The notes beneath the pieces are model-generated. The model saw nothing but the letters and a program-made list of their open reading frames with translations, made no database searches and had not been told where the DNA came from. From Eledone cirrhosa (lineage: Eukaryota), in NCBI GenBank assembly GCA_964016885.1, contig OZ024740.1, positions 166,780,001 to 166,844,000 of the forward strand: a DNA stretch of 64,000 bases, given 5' to 3'. Shown one piece after another: positions 53,790-64,000 of the stretch (within the stretch, counting starts at the first letter, position 1; each line of letters opens with the position of its first letter). The position numbers were made by a program, and so were the translations under genes.

Positions 53790-54200
53790 GTCATTCGGGT
53801 TAGACCAACGTTTCGCTTCTTTCGGATCTGTTGTTGATTGGAGATTCCAGTCGTTTGATCAAAAGTGCTTCCTTGATCCTTAGAGTTCGAATGGTATCAC
53901 AGTGACAATAAGATGTCTGTCCTTGTTTCCATATTTGGTTACATATTTCCGAAATGACAAGACTCTAGTGCTAACGTGCTCCTTGATTCGTATTTGCAGC
54001 GGTCGGATGGTGTTGTCAATGTAATAATCTTTGCACTTGTTACACTCGGTCTTATAAACCACATAAGTGCGCAAGCACTTATGTGGTTTATAAGACCGAG
54101 AGTAACAAGTATCCTTCCTGTTTGGTGTATCAGGCAATGGCTGATGTGGCCAGTATTATCTCGGTGGGACCAATTGGATATTGAGACCTCCCCTTTGTTC
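53790..54200 (-). mobile_element. GIY-YIG endonuclease relic of a second Penelope-like family
   Basis: CLRTYVVYKTECNKCKDYYIDNTIRPLQIRIKEH then, after a stop, IKEALLIK..PIN. The VVY-x-CxxC-YI(G) layout differs from the 10730-11100 endonuclease. Confidence 0.75.
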
Positions 54201-55119
54201 ACACTTTGCCGCCTCACTACGTAATTCTGTTTAACCCCATTTAGTCTTTAGTGGGACAGTGGTTGTCATGATGCTGTAGTAACCTACATTGCATGAAGCA
54301 CCTCGAGGTATTGTGATTTCCTCAACTTATAAAAACATTTAATCTGTGTGTATGTACGTGTCGGCGCCTGTTCGTATATATAGATTTTCGAATGTAGAAC
54401 ATTTTAAAACAAACAGTTACTGAAGGTAGTTTACATATAGCTGGCGAAGTAATAAATAATATCACGTTGGTTAGCAATGATCAATAGGATTTCACGTGAT
54501 CCTTCACTTTAACAGCAAAACATCTTCGGGAACAGATTTTTTTCTCGTTTCTTAACATCGTCATCACCATCCTTGCGAAAAGGAAAATCTCGGAAAACGT
54601 AAAATGCTAAAGATAAAATATTGGTACGATAAGAAGAAAACATTATATAATGAAAATAGCATATATTTCTATTGCTTTTGTTTATATAATATGTTGACTT
54701 TTAAATCATATCAATGTTCACCACACGAATGCCTTAATACCAATTTTACACACGGGTAAAATAAACTGAAAGGTACATCCTCATATAATCGGATATTTTG
54801 TACATTATTTAAAATAACACAAACGTGGCGTATATAGGTTTAATGGAAATTTCAGTCGAACTTTCAATTTTAAACACATGCTTGTCTTGTTATTTCATTA
54901 ACATCTCAAGTTTAGTGTTTTCGCCTTTTAACCAACTTAGTTAGTAATTAATCAAGGGAAAAGTTGATTTTTTTCAGTCCAGTCTTTGACACATTTTATT
55001 CCAAAACAAATATATGTATATTAACGCAGTAATTTTATTTTAAAATTGTGTATCACTCATACACACAGACACACACGAACATGTACAAAGACACAATAGT
55101 AATATTAATTATAATGACT

Positions 55120-55319
55120 ATTACTTTAGGCACACGACCAGCAATTCTTTTTTTTTTGTGGGGGGGGCATTTAAATCGATCACAGTAGATTACTGGTGCT
55201 GTATTTTATCGAACTCGTAAGGATGAAATGCAAAGATGTCCTCGGCGGGATGTGAACTAATAACGTAAAGCGACGTAATTATGTGCCGTGAATCATATTG
55301 TCCGATGCTCTACCGACAC
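55120..55319 (-). mobile_element. SINE family A, longer subfamily, diverged
   Basis: Core TTTTATCGAACTCGTAAGGATGAAATGCAAAG..CCTCGGCGGGAT.TGAACT. Confidence 0.8.
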
Positions 55320-55339
55320 TCGACATGACTTTGAAAAGA

Positions 55340-56300
55340 AGTAGATTTCAAAGGAAGTTTCAAATACCTCGGATATCGATGTATTTGGGACCTTCTTATA
55401 GGAATATGAAAGCTTCATGCGAGCAAATAACATCCCGGACAAATCAGTGGGTTTGCAGCTCGATACCTAGAAAGGCAAATCAATGCCGCCCAGCAGCATT
55501 GTCAGACAGACGTAACGGTCAAGCTGCTAAATGTCTGATTCTGTCCAGAACATCAAGTAGATAGGAACGGGAACATGGTAACGAGTAGTTTAGTCAATCT
55601 TACACAGAAATACACCGTCAGAAAACTCTCCCTAAAAGGTCTGACGGAGGTGGTCAACATCGCGTCCGCCATCTATTACCAACTCGCCATGGTGCCTTAC
55701 ACAATCCGACGCCTCACTAGATAGTTGTGCCTGCTTTTTCACTTGCTGTATAAAAGACAGTTTTCACTCGTCAGATGGTCCATCAGCTGTCCACATCCTT
55801 TTCCCGGGTGGTTTGGCATGATACACAAACATATGCTTTGATGATACACAAACATATGCTTTGGTTAAGTCATCTGCAGATATTCGTAAACTGTGAATAT
55901 GTGTATTCGCCATTTAAGAGGCAAGTCTTTCTACAGCTCGTTATATTGGCTCAGCCGCAACGCTGGGTCAAGTGAAGACGTGACTGTGTGCTAGGCATCT
56001 AGAATGTTGTCATGCGTTCAGATATATCTAATAAACGGGAAATGCCGTCAGTTAATGTTTTATCGGTGACAAGCGTTGGACAATACCACAACCTCCTCGG
56101 CGAGAATCTATGGGTCGACGAGGATGAACTAATCAGTCTATTCCGTAGAATTTTTGAGTCGGTGCCTATAGAGAGTTTCCAGATATCTCTGTCATGGTAG
56201 TCCTACAGAGGACACTGCTAGTTCAAGATAAACTCTATTGACACGGTGTTCTGCACACACTCAACCAGTCTCCGCGAATTACTGACAAGAGTGATGAGAA
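55340..56300 (+). mobile_element. Tx1/L1-like ORF2 C-terminal relic
   Basis: RKLSLKGLTEVVNIASAIYYQL at about 55620-55690 resembles the post-RT LSLxGR region of L1/Tx1 elements; heavily degraded. Confidence 0.5.
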
Positions 56301-56600
56301 TACAAAGTCATAAACTATTGTAAATAAACGTATTGGCAATTTGTTCTCATCCCTCTTCTATTTAGGAAACCGTATGATTTTCGGCTTCGGCTTTAAGAAT
56401 AATGTAAATAAATTAGTAGAACGGAAAAAAAAACTTTACATATTATTATCAACATAGGACGTTGAGCGGTTTAAGCTTAACCGTTGGATTATCAATTGCA
56501 TTATAATATGTAAACACTGCTTGCTTAAGAACGGACTAGTAAGTTTAATGATGGCCTTACACGCTTTAACTGGAAACATCACATTTATACCCCCCCCCTC

Positions 56601-56637
<37 letters not shown>

Positions 56638-57379
56638 TACTTACATATATCTGTCGTGGAAGAAGGGATGGGTGATTTCATATATATATGTATATATATA
56701 TGTGTGTGTGTGTGTGTTTTTGCATTTGGCCGTATGGAATATGCATACAAATATGTAAATGTATGTGCATATAAAATTTTATATGTCTGTAGTAATGATT
56801 ACTTAAACCTGAAGACTCGCGGCATCTAGTAATAAAAAGGGATGTATACAATTTAACGTATACGTGGAGGATATTCCTTTTCTGATGTGTCTAGAGACAG
56901 GAGATGTAGAACAATGTAAAGAAATACGTTATTGCAAATTGTAATTGTCGAGTCGAGCTTCCTACTTCAATGAAAATACCACCCTTGTGAATTTAATTAT
57001 ATTTTAGAACTTTGTAATTTGACCATTCTGTAATACTTGTATGGCATTTGAACTATGATGTTACTTTTGTATTTTAAACAATATTGTGTACCTTGAGATT
57101 AAACATCTTAAAATCTTTAATCTGTGTATGAATAATTATTCCATAATTGCACGGCAACTGTAGATTCCTACATCAAGTTGATACAAATTATGACCAGTTC
57201 TTATGTAACTGAGGTTACATTTATAAAGATATATTCATGCATATGCAGATAAGTATAACTTACAAATGATAGATATATTAACGAAATATTTCAAAATCCT
57301 ATACTACCATTTGAAAGGATGATGTACTTCTCTTTCTATCTCTCTCATACATACACAAACACGCACACACTCGCGCGTG

Positions 57380-57477
<98 letters not shown>

Positions 57478-57978
57478 TATGTATGCATATATATGAATAG
57501 ATACTGATTGTGTTTTTGCGTATATGTATATATGCGCATCAGGCACACACGCGCAGACTGTAAAACCTCGCGCTGGGCCTGGATCCTGTCCAGAGAAGTG
57601 TGGGATGGACGCACAAATATTCTGCATCCCGAGACTCCAATGACCAATTCAACATTATCTTGACAAGACTCCGTTGATGAAATGGGCAATATATATGTTT
57701 CTTCTAGCAACTTATCTGTTATGCAAGATTAAAATATTCATCTGACTCCTCAATTACTTAGATACCAATTTAGATTGTTTTACTGACCAGTATTGCCACA
57801 GAAATTATAAGGACGATGATGTTGGGGGGTAGCAATGCAGCTACGCTAATACGGTTAGAGATAAACTACAAACATTGTAATGTTTGGCTAGATAAGTGAC
57901 CACATGAACGTACACACAATCACACACACACACACACACACATATATATACACACACACATACACACCCACATACCTC

Positions 57979-58076
<98 letters not shown>

Positions 58077-60126
58077 CTGTACTCTTTTCCACATTACTCT
58101 ATAAGTGGGTCGATATAGATAAATATCTACAGAAATCTAGCGCCAGACTCAATCTATTGATTTCGAAACAGCGTGAATGCGAAAACATCAAGCGTTTTTC
58201 AAAACTTAGCTTTGATGCTAATTGCGGATATTGAACACCATAGAACTTTCATTGATTATTATTTTTTTTTTTTTGTTTATAAATACTAATCCTTATGAAG
58301 GAAGAACGTTTGTTTCCTTCCGAAAGTGATTTTAGGTAAAAGCCGCATTTTTTGATTTTAAATAAATAATATTACATGCATATTTAATGCACTCATATAC
58401 AATGTAAAGCATATGTATGCGTACGAACACATACACAAATATATACTAATTAATATTTTGAAATGCTTTCTGCAAATAAAAACTAGAAGATCCACTATGA
58501 TATGGCTGCTCGGTTGATGTTTCGTATTCCACCTTCATTTGTAAGTTCTTAAAATAAGAATGGAGTAAATGATTTTTAATATTTTGATATAATCTAATTT
58601 CTCTTTCATTCATATTTTAAGAAAGTCTGAGATAGGAGGTGGACAAGATAATAGTGGACAAGATAATATTGCCTAGTGCATAATTAATAGTTCTGAATGT
58701 ACATTTGAATTTACAACGATACTTGCATAAGTATTCTGACTCTGAGTTGCCGTTAGCCGGAGAGTGTTTACTCGCATATGTGCGTACCCGTGTTTCTGTA
58801 TATATACATATACAAATATATATACATATAACGTGTATCGAATAATCGGTTGAAAATCATAAGGTATATTGTAAAAGTTTTTTTTATTGTTCAGAAATTC
58901 AAAGCTCGACAATTTTAGAGATTTTTTTCTTTTTCTTCCCGGTTCAATAACGTAAATTCAAGTAACATACCTTCTGGCAAATTAATGTGTAAACGTTCCT
59001 GATCTCTATGTGGTATGATGCCACTCCTCGAAGCAGGAATTCTAAAAGAAGCAAAACTCATCGCTATAAATTACATTTTTTTTACATCGTATTAATGAAT
59101 GTAGAAGCATGAATATCACAACATCTCCATATTCGTTTCTTTTAAATTTGTATATGGCTTGTTACTTCTGAACAAGAGAACATTTTGTATTGATAAATAG
59201 ATTGTATTATATATAATATACAAATGCCCTAAAATCAATTAGACTGACATAAAACCTATTTATATTTTGTAAGGGACAGATATATTGAATAACATGTATT
59301 TTCCAAAATTCGGAGACTTTTTTTAATGGCATCGTCTGAGAATTCAAACACTTTTCCCCTTTTGCTGCACCACGCAGTCTTTTACACAGGAAGTAAGGAA
59401 TAAATGATTTGTGGCTTATCCGAAAATATGATATCGTGTGCTAATCAAATTTCCAAAATGAAACTGGGGTGGCTCCAAATATACAGAAGTAGACACATGT
59501 CCACGATGCACAAACGTATTATAAAACATGAAAATATGAGATTGCGAAGCGAACTGTTTGACCAGATAGACAAGCCTGACCAGGGTAATTAAGAGAAATC
59601 CTGACAGCGAAAACCAGCGAGATATAAAATCCAATTTGTCCGTCTTTCGTTTATTTTATGAAATGGAAGTTCTGATTGGGATAGGATAATGAACACATGT
59701 TTAGTATCAGTATAATACAGATCTGAGGAAGTTACTTTTAACATAATATTAACTGTGGTAGTAATCGATTTCGATAACCAAACCAAGGGTGAACAAATAC
59801 ATACCTTTCCAATATATAAAAATATATTATGGAGGAAGTAAAATACATTTCCATATAGAGTACTTGTTATATATATTTCATTTAAATTCGTATTTATATA
59901 TATTATTGACACATAAATAACTACAGACTCACATACACGCAAAATAAGTCACTTTTCTAACAATATATTAAACTCTACGTAAATGCATATGTTCTTTCTA
60001 TATATATATAGTATTCGAATATCCTTATGTAAAATTATACAGAACATACACAAACACAAACACACACACATTTTATATATATGTATGCGTGTGTGTGTGT
60101 TTGTATGTATGTGTGTGTGCGGATAT

Positions 60127-60180
<54 letters not shown>

Positions 60181-60377
60181 TTATATATATATATATATAA
60201 GTTACATATGCGTTTAATGAGAGTATAATATATATTGTGTTATCTTGCTAGTATACGAGAATGGAAATAGTTTACTAAATTCACTTTCCATTGTAGCAAT
60301 GATAATTCTTGCTAAACCATTTACAGACACACAACGCACTAACATGCACACATACACATATGTATATAAATATATAC

Positions 60378-60490
<113 letters not shown>

Positions 60491-60530
60491 CAATATTAAA
60501 TAAATGGAAAACTATATTTATAAAACCATA

Positions 60531-60600
60531 TGTATTTCATTATATATATTTCGGGGATATCATATTAACAATATGCTATGCCTTCATCAGACAAAATACA
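60531..60600 (-). ncRNA. Type I hammerhead ribozyme motif
   Basis: Reverse complement TGTATTTTGT-CTGATGA-AGGCATAGCATATT-gtt-AATATGATATCCCC-GAAA-TATATA-TA-ATGAAATACA (10-bp stem I). Confidence 0.8.
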
Positions 60601-61076
60601 ATATAAACAGTTTTATAGATAAATAGATTCGACATACCGTAATAACACCGACTTCATTTGAAGAGGTTTACGCTGGCAGTGAAAAAATGTTATACAGAGA
60701 GAAAGAAAGAGAGAAAAAAGAAAGAAAGACAAAACGAAGAAAAGGAAGAAAAAGAAGAAAAAGAAAAAGAAGAAATGCATGGAACAAAATAGAGAGATGG
60801 AAAGATAGATAAAGCGAAGAACTTCATGTAAAGAAACAGAAAGAGACATATATATATATAGAGAGAGGAAATAGAGATAGATACATATATATATAGAAAA
60901 TTAGGTAGTGGGAGGTCATTTTGAGTAAATGTATCAATGATACATTTATTTATTTATTTATTTATTTAGCTCAGGTATTAATGTAAGGGAGATATATAAA
61001 TGATATATAAAAAAAAAATAAGACTCCAGTTGCATTTTCGATTTCATCTCTTTTTCTTTATATTTATATATATATA

Positions 61077-61220
<144 letters not shown>

Positions 61221-61364
61221 TATATATATAAATATATATATAGCTCAGGTATTAATGTAAGGGAGATATATAAATGATATATAAAAAAAAAAATAAGACT
61301 CCAGTTGCATTTTCGATTTCATCTCTTTTTCTTTATATTTATATATATATATATTTATATATAT

Positions 61365-61399
<35 letters not shown>

Positions 61400-61509
61400 A
61401 ATATATATATAAATATATAAATATATATATAAATATATAAATATATATATAAATATATATATAAATATATATATATATAAATATATATATAAATATATAT
61501 ATATATAAA

Positions 61510-61800
61510 TATAAAGAAAAAGAGATGAAATCGAAAATGCAACTGGAGTCTTATTTTTTTTTTAAATATATATATTTATTTGGTTCCTTTACCGGTTTCG
61601 CATCTGAGATGTAAGAAAAACCACAGACCCTCCATCTAAACTCACCTTTTGAAAAGCAGAAGAACTGCGAAACCGGTAAAGGCACCAAATAAATATATAT
61701 ATTTTAAAAAAAAATAAGACTCCAGTTGCATTTTCGATTTCATCTCTTTTTCTTTATACTTTCACTCGTGTAGGACACCTCGGTTATTTTTCATTTTGTA
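61510..61800. repeat. Fold-back element in (TA)n with hammerhead in the right arm
   Basis: About 61510-61601 is the reverse complement of about 61666-61758. Confidence 0.9.
61645..61682 (+). ncRNA. Minimal type I hammerhead with U3-A8 covariant core
   Basis: CCTT-TTGAAAA-GCAG-aagaa-CTGC-GAAA-CCGG-TA-AAGG: stems I and II perfect, palindromic stem III, GUA triplet. Confidence 0.8.
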
Positions 61801-61819
61801 AAAAAAACCCTCACTTTCT

Positions 61820-61970
61820 AATATATAAATATATATATATATAAATATATATATATACATATATATATATATACATATATATATATAAATATATATATAT
61901 ATAAATATATATAAATATATATATATACATATATATATATATAAATATATATAAATATATATATATACAT

Positions 61971-62003
<33 letters not shown>

Positions 62004-62116
62004 AATATATATATATACATATATATATATATAAATATATATATATACATATATATATATAAATATATATATATACATATATATATATATAAATATATAT
62101 ATATACATATATATAA

Positions 62117-62191
<75 letters not shown>

Positions 62192-62208
62192 AATATATAT
62201 ATATACAT

Positions 62209-62239
<31 letters not shown>

Positions 62240-62268
62240 AATATATATACATATATATATATATATAC

Positions 62269-62315
<47 letters not shown>

Positions 62316-62316
62316 A

Positions 62317-62347
<31 letters not shown>

Positions 62348-62348
62348 A

Positions 62349-62399
<51 letters not shown>

Positions 62400-62662
62400 T
62401 GATATGTTGATTTAAAACTGCACTATCCACAAGTGTTTTTTAGCCTTCATATCATGTTCTCCTGTTTTATCTGATGAAAACACAAATAGTATTGCATGAT
62501 GATGTTTGTTTTTGAAATGCGCATAATAAAATAATGGAACTCCTTTAACCATCTTTTGATCAGATATATTTTGTATACTCCATTCCTACGAACTGTAGAG
62601 TGCTTCTTATCCGATATCTGCATTGCTTTATTGTACTACAATAAAACTCACCTCCTACATTA

Positions 62663-62725
<63 letters not shown>

Positions 62726-62917
62726 GAATTATGTATATGAATTATATATATACATATATATATATATATGTATATGAATTATATATATACATATATATAT
62801 ATATGTATATGAATTATGTATATACATATATATATATGTATATGATTTATATATATACATATATATATATGTATATGATTTATATATATACATATATATA
62901 TATATATGTATATGAAT

Positions 62918-62952
<35 letters not shown>

Positions 62953-63070
62953 GTATATGAATTATATATATACATATATATATATATGTATATGGATTAT
63001 ATATATACATATATATATATGTGTGTGTGTGTGCGTGTGTGTGTATGTATGTGTGTGTGTGTGTGTGTAA
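61820..63070. repeat. Long interrupted (TA)n arrays and TATGAATT-(TA)n minisatellite
   Basis: Directly visible; source of the YIYI ORFs. Similar (TA)n/(CA)n/(GA)n/(TAG)n/(GATA)n/(CTT)n tracts occur throughout the window. Confidence 0.95.
62463..62533 (+). ncRNA. Type I hammerhead ribozyme motif (35956 family)
   Basis: TGTTTTAT-CTGATGA-AAACACAAAT..GTTTGTTTTT-GAAA-TGCGCA-TA-ATAAAATA. Confidence 0.8.
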
Positions 63071-64000
63071 ATTAAATGTGTATATGTGTGTGAGTGCGTT
63101 GAGTGTCTGCAATGTCTTCATTGTTTTGTAAAAAAAAAGAAGCTAGAATTGTCATTGATCAATGCAAAATGAGTTCAGTAAAATATGTTTCTGTGTAAAT
63201 AATATAACAAAAAAAACAAAAACAAAAACTGTTATTTGTGTTTATTTTATTCCAATAATCAAGACAAAAGAAATAATTTCACTTGGAATTATTATCCATT
63301 TATAAAATTTCCCAATGCTTTTTCACTGTCAGTGTGTGATTGTTCCCATGTAGTTTGCCATATACTATTGGAGATATGTGGTTTTCTCTCCTCTCTCTAT
63401 CTAAGTTTAATTATACACACATACACACAGAGCCCGGGAGCGGATGAAATATATACCCGCATAAACATATGCATTTATAGCATGTAAGCAAACAGCTATT
63501 CATGTATGATCGCGTCCGTTCAAGTTTGACTGTATTTTTCTATGTATGCATGTTTGTATATATTTTACATGTATGTATTTATATATGTATGTATTTATAT
63601 ATATGTATGTATTTATATATGTGTGTGTGTGTATATGTATGTATGCATGTATGTATGTGTGTCTGTATGTATCTAAGTAGTTTGGAAGATAGGGTAGATA
63701 GGTAGGTGAGAAGGTGTGCAGGTCGTGATGAAGGCATGTTATTTCAGACGATATAGAATCTAGGGAGTCTCTCACAATAATGTGATCAACCCTTTAAATA
63801 TTCATTATTAAACTATCATCATAATTGAATGTGCCCCATCGAGCACAAAAAATTGAGATTAACGTATCAATCCATGTAGTGTTACGAAAGATATGGCCGA
63901 CGACGAAATTCCAGTGACAATAGTCCTAGTAAACTAATCGTGACAAAAAGATTTATGACATCGTTTGGATACTGACTAAAAACGTCTCTATGCAGATTTG

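Noticed and set aside
61762-62430. Long ORFs rich in YI/HT/CV/RE dipeptides (here and throughout the ORF track)
   Set aside because: Translations of (TA)n, (CA)n and (GA)n microsatellites; not genes.

Overview
AT-rich eukaryotic, repeat-dominated intergenic/intronic DNA with very dense (TA)n/(CA)n/(GA)n microsatellites. The SINE families resemble those of octopod cephalopods (inference). I see no intact host protein-coding gene; nearly all ORF-track entries are microsatellite translations or transposon relics. Recognisable content: one tRNA-Glu(TTC) with stem mismatches; about 11 copies of one tRNA-derived SINE and 3 of a second; a degenerate Penelope-like element (RT + GIY-YIG, Naiad-type) with pseudo-LTRs and an inverted partner copy; relics of CRE-, R4/Dong-, RTE- and Tx1-like LINEs; two non-autonomous Helitrons; and a solo-LTR-like segment. 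The main hidden signal is RNA-level. More than a dozen type I hammerhead ribozyme motifs from several unrelated families are present, including a U3-A8 covariant core and long-stem-II forms. Most sit in fold-back cassettes that share one divergent polarity (left arm minus, right arm plus, 3' ends pointing out into (TA)n). A second unusual signal is two tandem histone-mRNA-type stem-loops inside the LTR-like segment. All coordinates were read by eye and repeat boundaries are approximate.
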